NCBI RefSeq assembly: GCF_006345805.1
Contig: NC_042997.1
Location: 182,342,001-182,406,000 of the forward strand
Direction of reading: 5' to 3'
DNA: 64,000 nt
DNA from: Octopus sinensis
Lineage: Eukaryota
Below the pieces are notes generated by a model. It worked only from the letters and a program-made list of their open reading frames with translations, made no database searches and was not told the DNA's origin. Position numbers and translations under genes: made by a program. Each line of letters opens with the position of its first letter. Position 1 is the first letter of the stretch. Positions 51,879 to 61,969 of the stretch are shown here, piece after piece.

Positions 51879-53725
51879 TTAAGGAGTATAACTCCAAACT
51901 TACAGGAAAAATTCAATTTAGTATTAAATCAAATTTCACATATAAATATTAATATGAGTCCACAACCCGTGGCCTTCTACATGGGATGGAGCCAGCCTAC
52001 GTATGCATACCTTCCCTTCTTGGGACACAAAACTCTACTTGTGAAGACGTGTTGAGGCAAGTGAGGATCAGAATCGAAATCGATCAATGGAAATTGCGGA
52101 TGTGCTACCAGTGCCGGTGGCATGTCGAAACTCTGCTTGTGAAGACCCATTGAGGCAAGTGAGGATCAGAATCGAAATCGATCAATGGAAATCGATCAAT
52201 GGAAATTGCAGATGTGTTACCAGTGCCGATGGCATGTAAGAGAACTTTCCGTTTCGCGACCGTTGCCAGCACCGCCCCGTTTCGTGTCCGTTGCCAGCCT
52301 TGCCTGGCCCTCGTGCCGGTGGCACATAAAAAGCACCATCCGTTCGTGGCCGTTTGCCAGCTCTGTCTGGCACCAGTGCGGGTGGCACGTAAAAAGCACC
52401 CACTACACTCACGGAGTGGTTGGCGTTAGGAAGGGCATCCAGCCGTAGAAACACTGCCAGATTTGACTGGGCCTGATGAAGCCTTCTGGCTTCACAGACC
52501 CCAGTAGAACTGTCCAACCCATGCTAGCATGGAAAACGGACGCTAAATGATGATGATGATGATGATGATGATATAAATTAGAGAAAAACCACTTTTTTAC
52601 TTATTATATATTTACTTTTTACTTATTATATATTGTTTATTCATTTTTTTGTACTTTTTGTGATCTAGTTATATGTTTTATAATATATTTTATTTTTTCT
52701 TTATGATTTTGGTTTATGTCTATCATTGTTTGAATTACATAATAGTGGTTTTTCTCTAATATATATATATTATATATATTGATATCTTCTGAAAACTCAG
52801 AAAGCCTAGTACAATCAGTTGTCTCATCTTCTTTCACTGCTAATTCTGTAACAAAGCTATTTTTATGGGACTGGATTGTTAGCATTGTACCCATCCCTTA
52901 GCACAGAGGACAAGTGTATCTCTCTTTGAAGGCCTCTACTTTTTGACCTGTTTAGCTTGTGGGGTCCTACCAGGAGACAAAACTCTCTCTGGCATAGTTC
53001 CTGGGATCCTTGAGGCATACAAGCTATACAATTACAATAAGGTGTCAATCTATGTGTATATGTATGTGTATACACAAACACACACACATCTGTCTGTTGA
53101 TGTTAAAAATAAGTTTATTATTTTAAAGTATGTTTGTAACTGGAAGATTTACTACTGGAGTGACTAGATATTTAGAGTCCTAGTCAGTCTGATCTCTTAT
53201 GTGTATGTAAATGTGTGTGTGCACACATACACACATGTAATGAGCCATGGCATTTTTTATATTTATTTTACTGTACCCTACTTTTTGTTAACTTTTAGGT
53301 AGCAGAATTAGTAAAATCTATGTCTGATTACCGGATAGAAATGGAGAATCGTGTCAAAGATGGCAAGAACCTTCTTGATCAAGAACAGATTGATATCAAA
53401 AATAAGATAAAGCAGGTATATGATAGAATTTTCTTCAATAAATATCTCTAAATCTCCCAAATACTCATAAAGAGCCATACCCAGCACCACTGTTTTGTGA
53501 TAAATAGCTTTGTGATAAGTTTTGCTCTTGTTAGAATGTCAATCTTTATCAGCTGACCTTCTCGAATGATTTGATCTCTAGAGTAAACTAAAGTTGTGTA
53601 GAATTAAGGTCACTGTTCAATAACAAAATATAAAGCATGTGCAGTGGATTTGAACAGAGTACCCATGAATAGGTAATGCTATAACTAATTTGTTACTGTT
53701 GTATATATCTGATTTACCCCCTCCC

Positions 53726-53763
<38 letters not shown>

Positions 53764-56700
53764 AGTGCAAGAATAAACTGTTGGACTCTTAGTAATCACC
53801 TACCAACATGCTTTTGTCTTTTGACCAATTATCTACTTTGTGTCATTGATCTGCTATAAATTTTATGTTGAAATTTCAGAATTTCAGTTCTGTGATTCAT
53901 GAATAAAGCAAATTGGATATAAATGAAGAGATGGTAAAATTTTCAGCATTTTTGTATTGCTGCTATACCTTGCTAGATTAACAAGTGAGATTTAATTGCT
54001 TGTGGATAAATTTGCTCTCAACCATGCAAGCTAGCAACTACTTTGACAGAATTGTTAAGAGTGTTGGACAAAATGATTTGTAGTATTTCTTCTGGCACTT
54101 TATGTTCTGAGTTCAAATCCTGTCGAGGTCAACTTTGCCTTTCATCCTTTCAGGGTCATTAAAATGGTTACCGGTCATCTGCTGGAATAGATGTAATTGA
54201 CTAACATAAGTAATGGTTGGCATTAAAATATTTCATCTTTGAATGGTTAATTATCAAGTTCTACTGAGGTCGACTTAGCTTTTTAATTTTTCAGGCATGA
54301 TATCGGTTGAATAGTGGGGTTGATGTTATTGACTTAATTCCTACCCCAACCACCTCCAAATTTCAGGCCTTGTGCGTATAATACAAAGAATTATTGCCAG
54401 ATTAATCATGTAGTATTTAATTATGTCCCTTTATCTTCTGTGTTCAAATCTAGTCGTAGTCAATTTTATTATTTACCAGAAATGTCTGTCTTTGTAACAT
54501 CTTGTATTTTTCAAATATTTTGTCCAGATTGTTCAGTACAGAGAACAATACCAGAAAACTGTAGAGGAGTTGCAAAATACGACTTCGCTTCTTGAAGCCA
54601 AATCTCAGACATGTCATAAAATTGAATTAGAATTAGCATCAAAAAATGCCCTCATTGAAAATTCAGCAAAGGTTTGTAAATTCTCTATCTACTTTTATAA
54701 ATTAGATGCACGTCACTTATTCATTTAACAAAATCAATGCATCTATATTTTGAAAATCTTTAAATTCAATTTATGCTTTATAACAAATATATATAAGGTA
54801 TGGATTTTGCTTGTTTTTCAGACAATTCAAAACCAAACTTTAAAAGAAAAAGAACTAATTGAGTACAAAGCAGAGATCACTCAAGAACTAAGGTTAGCAA
54901 GAGAACAACTTCAGAATCAAACAGCCGACTTTATGCTAGTGCGGAGCCAACAAACTAAACTACGCCATGAAAATGACAAATTACTACAGAAAATTGAAAC
55001 ACTTACAGCTACATTAAATGTAATTTTACTTTGTGATTTCTTTTCCATGTTATCCATGTAAGGTAGTTCTATCCATCTCATGTCAGTATAGAAAAATGGA
55101 CTTAAAAGCAATGATGAGGATTTTAATGGGTTTCAAAATTTATATATTTGCCTTGAGTACTGTAGCAGCTTTTTCTTACACATCTACATTTTTATCAATG
55201 TTTGTTCGCAAAACATTGGTTACTTATTTTCATTTAGGTTGGTCATATTTTTCATAAGAGAACAAATTTAATGCCATTTTAAGTGTTTGAATTTTTACTA
55301 TTTTGGTTACTGTAATCTAGTATATTAACTATTCTGGCAGTGCTTTTTATTTTAAATTTAGTTATTGACATATTGCATTTAAAACAGTTTTCTGTAGTTT
55401 GAATTAGTGAACTTCAAGAAGATTACCTAAATCTAACAAATTTTTTGCTGCAAATCTTGCACCTTCACTGCACTACCAAAGATATTAAAATGATTCCAAG
55501 ATAGATGCCATTTGTAGAGAGAAGAACTGTTGTCTTTGTTTTAACTTCAGATTAATTCATTCATCTTTTTAGGTTGCTAGTATCTTGTCAACAAATTTTT
55601 TTGAGATACATTAGTTTCTTGATTCTTTGATGTTCTTTATTTCCTAAACATAGACAAAACAAACAGAAATCTCTAAGTTGACTGAAAATGTAAGTATTTT
55701 ACGTCTTGAGAAAATTAAATCTGAATCAAAGATGTCCACTGAAATAAAACAGCTTAAACAAGAAATTAAAATGGAACAACAAACCCATTCAATGGAGGTT
55801 AGTATTTATTCATTGACAACATTTGTATATAAAAACATTTACTCACAAACATTAGTGTTGTCCATTCATGAAGTTAACTTCATTCTACCTACTATGTATG
55901 ATAGCCTGATGTTATCTCTTCTGTTTTTCTTTCTCCTTTCATCTGTTCTTTCTACTGAAAAGTATTAATAGTTTAGTGTCTTTAATCGACTATAGGTGCT
56001 TAATATTGTTAACTGTTGGCGTTTTTAGTCAGTTGTCATCAGGGCCTCTGAAAGAAATTTGGCAAGATGGAACAGAAGCGCTTTCAGACCTCTGGAGAAG
56101 GAGCCAACTTCAAGAGGCTATGAGGTTTTAGCCAGGCAAATACCTCTCCTTGGTTTTCTATGTTCCAAATCAATGTACTGGCTGAATCTTCATTCTTATA
56201 AGCACTAATTGTTACTTATTTTAAGACCTTAAAAAAGTGTGCCACTTTTGATGGCATGTACATTAACATTCTTTCTTTTATTTTGTCAATGGTACTTGAT
56301 CCCATATTATGAAAGCACAAGAAGTTACATATAACACCATATCTGCTGTGTGATATAAATGTTTTCTGGTTAAAAAGCATAACTAAGATGATTGTAAATA
56401 TGAATAAAAGTAAAATCCTTATATTGTAAGATTTTGAAGAACACTAATTAAAATAATAAGTGTATAACATCCATTTAATTCAGATGTTTAACTCTTTAGC
56501 ATTTAAGCTGGCCATATCCAGCCCAAATATTCTACCTGTTTTATGTTCAAACCAGCCAGATCAGGCCTCTTGCACCTATGTTATATTGTCAGTCTAACAA
56601 TAAACAATCACTCTGTATTAATCTTGAAGTTACAAGATAATGCATGATTAATTCAAAACAATGTGAATAAACAAGCATTACATTTGATAGAGCAGTCTGA

Positions 56701-59700
56701 ATGTGACTGTTTTAATTGTAAGAAATGACACGAAAAATATCTACACACTATTTTATCTTTCTAGTTGGAACGTCTGAAGGAGACTAAATTACAATTGCAA
56801 AAAAACAAAGAAGATATTTCCACGAAGTTGAATGCATCTAATAAAAAGCATCTGAAGGCTGTCACTCAACATGAGAAAGATTTGAATTCTCTCAAAGCAT
56901 CTTTACATCTTCTTGAAGATGAAGTGAAAGTCCAGAAGGAAGCTGTAATATCAGGAAATGAGACTATAGTTTTAAAGGTATTATTTCAAATACATAATAC
57001 ATTTTATTATATGATGGGCTTCTTCTCAGTTTCTGTCTAACTCCACTTACAAACTATTGATTGGCCTGAGGGTGTGGTAGAAGTCAAGGCCCTGTGAGGT
57101 GAGGGCGAACTCAACACCATGTGGTAGCAAAGTGAAATTCATAACTACACAGCCATGACCACACCTATGTAGGCATGTGTCAATAGCATTCTTTTTATGA
57201 AGTTGGAACCTGGAGTATGAAGGCAACGCTTCAAGATTGATTTAATGGTACATAGACTAAGCTTCTCTTGAGGGTTCCAAGTATCTCATGGTGTGAGTAC
57301 ACAACTAAAGAGGAGATTTATGGACACATTCCACCCATCTCTACAACGTCATAAAACATATCTATTGTAGTTACTTGAAGAAGAATATGTTTTAAGTCTT
57401 TTCAGTAATAAATTATTTTATAAATTAATAAACATGATAGATTCTGATTTTGTTTTTGTTTATTTACAGGATATTGAAATTTCTAAATTGAAATCAGACT
57501 TAACAAATATGGAAAAAATTCTTTTGAGTTTGAAATTTTTACAATTTGGACAAAATAAGGTTCCTCAGTTTCAAAATCAGGAAACACATGACAGTAACAA
57601 ATATCAAGCTGAGAATGAATCTTCATTGACATCTGAAAGCCAGTATGTATCATTAAATATCAATTTCCTTGACAAAAAAAGTTATTTTATTTTTCGTTTT
57701 TGGATTTGGTTTGCAAGATTCTTTATATGAATTCGTGAGTTGAAGCATATTCTGTTGTGTCTGAGGAGAGTCATTTTCTTTTTGTGCATTATAATGTAAC
57801 ACACTCACCGGTAAAATTTCCACTTTTTTCTTATTTTTATTTTCCTAAAATTTTCATTGTGTTTGCAACCTTTTCAATAGTTTTGCTTTCCTCTTGGCAA
57901 ATTTGAATATTTACATGAAAATTATTGGAAAGTATGAGCTTTTAAACCCATGACTGAGATTGTAGCAAGTGTCAGATGTTAAGATTAGAGACAAGGTGGC
58001 CAACAGAAGTAAAATGGTCATTCAATAATCAAGATGCTAAGTTATTGATCTAGGTATCGTAAGTTCTAATTCTGAAACTGGTTCATGGCTATTCACATTA
58101 TATCATCAAGAAGTAAAAAAGAGAGTACTTCTATTTCATGGTTGTTTGTTATTAGCAAATATATCCAACTTCGTAATTAGGTGTGGAAGAGGTGTACTAA
58201 GCAAAGTTTTTTGGTTTTTTTTTTGCACAGTTGAACTTAAATTCCTTCAAGAGTAAACAATAAACAGACATCTGAGGGAAACAATATTTTTCAACCACAT
58301 ACATCATTGATAAGCTCATATACTGGCACTCTGTTGTTGGTTATGATGATGAGGGTTCCAGTTGATCTGATCAACAGAACAGCCTGTTCGTGAAGTTAAT
58401 GTGCAAGTGGCTGAGCACTCCACAAACATGCATACCTATTTCTTTACTATCCACAAGGGGCTAAACACAGAGGGGACAAACAAGGACAGACAAACGGAGT
58501 AAGTCGATTACATTGACCCCAGTGCGTAACTGGTACTTAATTTATCGACTGCAAAAAAGGATGAAAGGCAAAGTCGACCTTGGCGGAATTTGAATTCAGA
58601 ATGCAGCGGCAGACGAAATACCGTTACGCATTTCACCCGGCGTGCTAACATTTCTGCCAGCTCGCCACAGACACATATACCCTTAACATAGTTCTCAAGG
58701 AGATACAGTGTGACAAGGCTGGCCCTTTGAAATAAAGGTACTTCTCATTTTTGCCCTTTGAGTGGACTGGAGCAACATGAAATAAAGTATTTTGATCAAA
58801 GTCACATGTCACCAGGAATCGAACCTTATGATTGTGAGCCGAATACCCTAAACACTAAGCCACACACCTTCATTAGGCTGAGATACACGCATTTTCTGGT
58901 GACAGTGGAAGCTGAAAAGAATAAAAAAGGACAACTGTACTTACAAGTACAAAAACTGAAGGAATTTTCATTTTTACTGTATGATAGAATATTTTTTCTT
59001 TTTCTGGCTATTTCAAACTATTAGGGAAATATATATCTTTAATTTTTCTTACAGCAAGGAAATTATTGCTATTCTAGAAAATGCTCAAACCAGTGTTGAC
59101 AATGAACCAAAACCTTATCCTGGCTTTTCAACAGTATCCAATGTCGTTGAGAAAAATACAGGTAATATATATTTCACTATTTGAACAGCTTTTAAACTGT
59201 GGATTCATCTTCCAAAGTAGCAACTTTAAACATAAATCATTTCATTATGTTGTCAAACATTGACTTTTCATCAGTGCAGTTAGTCTGAATTCTGTCTTAA
59301 GTTTGACATCTTAAGAGATTATAATGCACTCAGTCCACCTGTGAATAAATAAGATCAGTCAATGTGTACATTTCTGAGATTTTGAACAAGTGCCAGAGCG
59401 GCTAATTGGCTTCCGTGCTGGTGGCATGTAAAAGGCACCATTCGAGCGTGATTGTTACTAGCATCACCTTACTGGCTCCTGTGCTGGTGACATGTGTAAA
59501 AAGATTCAAGCGAGGTCGTTGCCAGTACTGCCTCACTGACCCCTATGCCGGTGGCACGTAAAAGCACCTACTACACTCTCAGAGTGTTTGGCGTTAGGAA
59601 GGGCATCCAGTTGTAGAAACTCTGCCAGAACAAGATTGGAGCCTGGTGCAGCCATCTGGTTCGCTGGCCCTCAGTCAAATTGTCCAACTTATGCTAGAAT

Positions 59701-61969
59701 GGAAAGCGGACATTAAACAATGATGATGATGATGATGATGATTCTTATCTACAAAATGTATGGATATTTTTCTGTTACAGTTGTAAAATCAGTGTTGATT
59801 TTTATGATTTTAATTTTCCAGAAGCTAAATCATCAGATGTTCAGCATACCGAAACCAACGATGACAAAGATGTTGACAGACAAAAATAGTAAGCAACACT
59901 TTTATGATGAATTATTATATCTTTGTGAATGTTAATTTATGAGCGTCAGCTGAAAAGTTCATTGGCTGACCAAGATGCTCTCATGAAATGTCACCAAATG
60001 AGGTTTATTTTACTACATAGTTCCATTTGTAGTCCACACACTTCTTCGGTTAGTGTTGCAGTGCTTGGATTCCATTGGTGAAGAAGCTTTCATCCAGTTT
60101 GTCAAAAGATTTATCAACAGATATGACCACTGTGATACTAGTTCCCAGCCAAGTGTTTTTTCATGTTGGGGAACAGATGATAGTCAGATGGGGCCAAATC
60201 AGGAAAATAGGGTGGGTGATCAATCAGTTCAAAGCCACAATCATGCACAACAGCCATTGAAACCAAGGATTTGTGTCCTGATGAAACAAGATTCCTTTTG
60301 TCAGTTTCCATGGGTGTTTGGTCTTGATAGCATTTTTGTAACTGCCTCAGCAAGTTGGCAAAGTACTCTCCATTGATGGTGTGACCCTTTTGAGATAGTC
60401 AATAACCACAGTGCCTTTTGCATTCCAAAAAACTGAGGCCATCATCTTCTCTACTGATGAAACGGCCTTGGCCTTCTTTGGAGCAGGTGAAGAAGAGTGT
60501 TTCCTCTGCATGGTTTGTCTCTTTGTCTTTGGGTCAAAGTGCTGAAACCAACACTCATCCTGGTTCAAAGAAACCAGCTGGATCTGCCTCAATAATATCA
60601 AATTTTCCTCATGATGAGATCAGCCTCATACACTTTTGATCAGGTTTCAGAAGATGTGGCACCCACCTTTGTCATGTCAAGTTCATTGTGCAGAATATTC
60701 TCAACTCTCTCATAGGAGATGCTAATGGCATCAGCTATTTGATTTATAGTCAGTTGTCTGTCATCCATCAGCATGTGGTGAACATGATCAACGTTTCCCT
60801 CAGTGGTGGCAACTGCAAGATGTCCAGACATTGGGTCATCTTCAAAACTTTCCCTTCCCTTCCTAAACTCAGCTGCCTACATTTGCACTATTAATAAAGC
60901 TGAAACATCATCCCCTAATGTAGCAACCATGTCAGCATGAATGTCTTTGGGGGCTAAACCCTTTTCTGCAGGTACTTGATAACACTATGATGCCAAATTT
61001 TGTCCGTTTTCTAGAGAATTTGCTACCAGTTACTTTTGAAGTCTTCTTTGAACATTCAGATGTCAGTTTACCTGGAAAGAAGCAATAGTGTTATTAATAA
61101 GAAGAGATGAAATTAATCCATGCAAGATTTCACAGCACTAGCATCACTTAGTGGTTGGAGCTTTAGCATGGGTCAGTGGTTAGAGTGTCGAGCTTACGGT
61201 TGTGAGTACGAAACCCGGACTGGGCTGCGTGTTGTTCTTGAGCAAGACACTTTATTTCACGTTGCTCCAGTTCACTCAGCTGTAGAAATGAGTTGCAACG
61301 TCACAGGTGCCAAGCTGTATCGGCCATTGCCTTTCCCTTGGATAACACTGGTAGCATGGAGAGGGGAGACCGGTATGCATGGTCGACTGCTGGTCTTCCA
61401 TAAACAACCTTGCCCGGACTTGTGTCTGGGAGGGTAACTTTCTAGGTGCAATCCTACAGTCAGTCATGACTGAAGGGGGTCTCAGCATCACACCTTCATA
61501 ATCAACCTATGGATTTTTCAGCCCACCCTCATAAGGTTATAGTTTTAAAGCAAGTTTAAGAACAACAGAATATTCACTGATGGAAAGACTCAATACTAAC
61601 AGTAGAGTCAAATTTATTATATAATTCATTTTGACAAGGACTTCAATTTTCACCAGGCTAGATGAATAAGCAATCAACTGAAACAAAGAACATTAAGTAT
61701 ATTTGTAGTTGCTGTTATTAGAAATTACTTTAGTTTCTAAATATCTTCCAGATTCTACTTTTGTAATTGCAAATGTAATGATCTAGCACAAAACCATTGC
61801 ATGTACTTAAATTCTTCATGGTTACTTCTATTTGTTTTAATCTCTTTGTAGCATAGCCTTGCTGCAGCAAAGAATAAACACCAATAAGTTGTTACAACAA
61901 CAAGTGGACAAGCAGCTGCAAGATATGCAGCAAAAAACAGCAACAAGGAAAGTTAAGGCACAAACCTGA
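7608..61969 (+). CDS. CCDC18: Long coiled-coil protein, CCDC18-like (29 coding exons, 4092 nt, ~1363 aa)
   Basis: Hand-assembled exons: 7608-7726, 9504-9651, 11066-11157, 11786-11914, 13365-13431, 15681-15781, 18438-18538, 21108-21310, 22048-22193, 23443-23555, 24198-24418, 29263-29514, 37024-37158, 38736-38930, 40007-40174, 40387-40529, 41117-41280, 43068-43165, 49907-50022, 51001-51100, 53299-53415, 54528-54671, 54822-55019, 55654-55797, 56765-56977, 57470-57642, 59055-59161, 59822-59888, 61852-61969 (TGA). All are GT-AG with continuous phase; the exon 2/3 junction is least certain. E/K/Q/L heptad-rich. Segments resemble human CCDC18 from memory: IQDQSLREAEERYEKAQK vs AQDKVLREAENKLEQSQK; EKHSLIDENALLK vs DKFSLMNENRELK; ELRLAREQLQN vs ELRLTREQVQN; LEERAQKVAEL vs LKQRAAQVTHL. 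The gene structure is more certain than the name. Confidence 0.82.
8651..8900. mobile_element. Possible Tc1-like IR/DR transposon end
   Basis: GTACGGAGCCAAATAATGAGCACACCTT at 8651, with a related direct repeat (ATTATTGGAACACCTT) ~230 bp away. Resembles Tc1 IR/DR termini; no transposase ORF. Confidence 0.25.
10290..10560 (+). mobile_element. (GAT)n-tailed short retroelement (SINE or truncated LINE 3' end)
   Basis: GGTGGCACATAAAA repeats, then GGTTGGCGTTAGGAAGGGCATCCAGCTGTAGAAAC...CCATGCTAGCATGGAAAGCGGATGTTAAACGATGATGATG. At least 10 copies in the window. Confidence 0.85.
12800..13105 (+). mobile_element. (GAT)n-tailed short retroelement
   Basis: Same family motifs and GATGAT tail as 10290-10560. 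Confidence 0.85.
14270..15000 (-). mobile_element. Degenerate R4/Dong-like non-LTR retrotransposon fragments (restriction-like endonuclease domain)
   Basis: Minus-strand translation THWKICKHYQ...VTIVWDFPV...PDIIIKDREENACRLIDMS...KEFDKLSKYKNLEIEI (14700-15000) and KYNPLKFEIGRIWSMRTVKVVSIIIGVSGTVSK (14270-14380), with stops. Confidence 0.7.
16100..16320 (+). mobile_element. (GAT)n-tailed short retroelement
   Basis: Same family motifs and tail. Confidence 0.8.
16690..17915 (-). mobile_element. 5'-truncated CR1/L2-clade LINE with stop-free 363-aa reverse transcriptase C-terminal ORF (16794-17885)
   Basis: DVVYLDFAKAFNSVPH, GVPQGSVLGPLLF, YADDIKLY, VRPHLEFASPVWSPY and VQRRATKRIP motifs; the 3' UTR ends GTGCACCTGAGCACTGTATACAATAAT. 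Confidence 0.95.
18737..18905 (+). mobile_element. tRNA-derived SINE with microsatellite tail
   Basis: A-box-like GGAGTGGCTATGTGGTAAG and B-box-like GGTTCAGTCCC, CCTTGGGCAAGTGTCTTCTACTATAGCC core, followed by (TATG)n/(TA)n. Related copies at ~13475-13620, 22370-22520, 28980-29170, 37790-37925(-), 42290-42445(-) and 42810-42965(-). Confidence 0.8.
19126..20303. repeat. Giant inverted repeat (arms ~580 bp, spacer ~20 bp) within a (TA)n tract
   Basis: 19126-19705 is the reverse complement of 19727-20303. Centre: ...GTTTATTTCTATCCCT aaatgttgagtaatggatagt AGGGATAGAAATAAAC...; (TA)n on both outer sides. Confidence 0.95.
20551..20880. mobile_element. MITE-like element with ~80-bp terminal inverted repeats
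   Basis: CTGATTTCTGGATTAATCCACAGGGTTTCTTCCTTCTTCAG pairs with CTGAAGAAGGAAGAAACCTTGTGGATTAATCCAGAAATCAG. Confidence 0.7.
21730..21948. mobile_element. piggyBac-like MITE copy
   Basis: TAACCTTTTAGCATTTAAAC...AATCTAAATGCTAAAGGG; same family as 303-508. Confidence 0.6.
22593..22834. repeat. ~240-bp imperfect fold-back hairpin (MITE-like)
   Basis: TTATTGACTGATACA...GGCACCATTGAT gtttttgta ATCAATGGTATC...TGTATCAGTCAATAA; arms ~115 bp with a short loop. Confidence 0.85.
24640..28445 (-). mobile_element. Near-full-length CR1/L2-clade LINE: ORF1 (27509-~28440) plus frameshifted EN-RT ORF2 (~27500-24696)
   Basis: ORF1: FQCQAC, polyQ, coiled coil, RRM-like VIAIGVPE...RLGRPGPKPRLIKLSF. ORF2 fragments: APE endonuclease (LLSLNARSLCNK, TVTETW, RKDRTNRRGGGVMVY, GVVYRPP, PTRGDNTLDLLFT, SDHAMI) and RT (PSQYGF, YLDFAKAFNSVPH, GVPQGSVL, YADDIKLY). 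(ATT/TAA)n tail at ~24630-24648. Confidence 0.95.
27509..28440 (-). CDS. LINE ORF1 protein (5'-truncated) with polyglutamine tandem repeats
   Basis: ORF track 27509-28495. The first ~20 codons derive from a flanking A-run and are probably not part of the element. Stop TAA at 27509-27511. Confidence 0.8.
29800..29990 (-). mobile_element. (GAT)n-family short retroelement, antisense copy
   Basis: GCTGGATGCCCTTCCTAATGCCAAC...AGAGTGTA is the reverse complement of the family core. Confidence 0.7.
30580..32760 (+). mobile_element. Degenerate CRE-like (RLE-type) non-LTR retrotransposon
   Basis: FPAGSGLGIDGLRPQHFKD; LFGLTKPSGDLHPIAVG; PTQLGV; KLDLKNAFNSISR; GVQQGEPLG; LNIWHLND (YLDD-like); LLRNCLSIPKLLYLLR; C-terminal RPDGLTL...CLVWDVTV...PVAFEMFGG endonuclease. 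Several stops and frameshifts. Confidence 0.8.
33305..33729. mobile_element. Non-autonomous element with ~85-90-bp terminal inverted repeats
   Basis: GGCGATCTTTCGTCTCTAGTAGACCTTTCCGTCGATTTCCGTA...GGGAACTTTTGAAGTAAT (33305-33387) is inverted at 33636-33729. Confidence 0.85.
33771..34310. mobile_element. MITE-like element with terminal and subterminal inverted GGTAGACCGCAC-type repeats
   Basis: TCGGTGCTGCTTTAACATGCGGTCTACCGCA vs TGCAGTAGACCGCACACTAAGGTAACACCGA; a second inverted pair GTCTACCTTTTCTTACCC / GGGTAAGAAAAGGTAGAC. Confidence 0.65.
34866..36273. mobile_element. Non-autonomous element with ~110-bp terminal inverted repeats, carrying nested SINE-like copies
   Basis: GTACACCCGCAC...GGAATCAAGTACCCTGACCTC...AACTCCTTATTTTTGTT (34866-34980) is inverted at 36165-36273; (GAT)n-family copies are inserted at 35017-35462. 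Confidence 0.75.
35017..35462. mobile_element. Two (GAT)n-family elements head-to-head (35017-35191 minus, 35207-35462 plus)
   Basis: The family core appears in both orientations, separated by a 15-nt spacer TAGCATATATAATAT. Confidence 0.85.
38931..39860 (-). mobile_element. Degenerate R4/Dong-like non-LTR retrotransposon 3' portion (CCHC zinc knuckle plus RLE)
   Basis: Minus-strand translation SPLCRICNRVD*TIAHITNECPRLAQ...HNQVVKVLHWKLCKKWG...WYENKP...ILWNFPI*TDQVLEHNKPDLVVMD...IVPIIVGSLGTVS...VELLQKVCLLGTARIIREVFDS*. Confidence 0.85.
42530..42800 (+). mobile_element. Interspersed repeat ending in (CA)n
   Basis: TTTTACTTGTTTCAGTCATT...GCTAAGTTATGGGGACGTAAACACACCAGCATCGGTTGTCAAG followed by a CA microsatellite. 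Classed as a repeat from recall of octopus repeats; family unresolved. Confidence 0.5.
43520..43790. repeat. (TTC)n/(GAA)n trinucleotide microsatellite, ~270 bp, ending in (CCT)n
   Basis: Directly visible; source of the spurious poly-R and poly-E ORFs. Confidence 0.98.
44440..49116 (-). mobile_element. Degenerate Ty3/Gypsy LTR retrotransposon (gag-protease-RT-RNaseH-integrase); putative 5' LTR ~48165-49116 interrupted by SINEs; no 3' LTR found
   Basis: gag IGEFIYNPETGTTFSAYFRRY and CHGCGDLHFRGNC; protease LQLDTG; RT YLDDIFI; RNase H ATGASESGIGAV...AHASHSL; integrase HIGHPEISRMK...PWSRLHIDFAG...VDSFTKWPE, YHPRSNRQVERFVDTFKRAL. PBS-like TGGTGATGAG at ~48153-48162 and TGTTGTG start at ~49116. 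Confidence 0.88.
48466..49016 (-). mobile_element. Tandem dimer of two tRNA-derived SINEs flanked by one 13-bp target-site duplication
   Basis: Two monomers each start GTGGAGG...GGC(C/T)TAGTGGTT. One A-tail sits at the far 3' end. CTACTGACCTCTT occurs at 48453-48465 and 49017-49029. Confidence 0.8.
50372..50933 (+). mobile_element. Internally deleted mariner transposon
   Basis: TA|TTGGATTGTCCAGAAAGTT...AACTTTCCAGACAACCCAA|TA termini. C-terminal transposase HPPYSPDIAPSDFHLFRSLQNSLNGKNF (ORF 50588-50863). Confidence 0.92.
51525..51730 (-). mobile_element. (GAT)n-family short retroelement, antisense copy
   Basis: ATCATCAT...CCATGCTAGCATGG...CAGCTGGATGCCCTTCCTAATG. Confidence 0.8.
51950..52575 (+). 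mobile_element. Longest copy of the (GAT)n-tailed family, with internal tandem duplication
   Basis: GAGGCAAGTGAGGATCAGAATCGAAATCGATCAATGGAAAT is duplicated (52055-52095, 52153-52200), followed by the family core and (GAT)n. Confidence 0.8.
56488..56705. mobile_element. piggyBac-like MITE copy
   Basis: TTAACTCTTTAGCATTTAAGCTGGCCATATCC...; same family as 303-508. Confidence 0.6.
59395..59740 (+). mobile_element. (GAT)n-tailed short retroelement
   Basis: Family core and GATGAT tail. Confidence 0.8.
59940..61531 (-). mobile_element. Near-full-length degenerate mariner transposon with a SINE inserted near its 5' end
   Basis: TA-flanked inverted ends TGAGCGTCAGCTGAAAAGTTCATTGGCTGAC / ATCAACCTATGGATTTTTCAGCCCACCCTCA. 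Transposase fragments KIWHHSVIKYLQKKG...EFRKGRESFEDDPMSG, DECWFQHFDP...SVFWN, HPPYFPDLAPSDYHLFP. Confidence 0.88.
61155..61485 (+). mobile_element. tRNA-derived SINE nested in the mariner
   Basis: GGTCAGTGGTTAGAGTG (A-box-like), then TTCTTGAGCAAGACACTTTATTTCACGTTGCTCCAGTTCACTCAGCTG, a central domain shared with the monomer at 48780-49016. Confidence 0.8.

Noticed and set aside
10290-59740. CRISPR-like array from recurring GGTGGCACGTAAAAAGCACC repeats with variable spacers
   Set aside because: Eukaryotic locus; the repeats are internal units of a dispersed retroelement, with irregular spacing and no cas genes.
59822-59892. In-frame TAG at 59887-59889 as the true CCDC18 stop
   Set aside because: It overlaps a strong GTAAGC donor, and a phase-compatible final exon exists at 61852-61969. 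A retained-intron short isoform cannot be excluded without RNA data.
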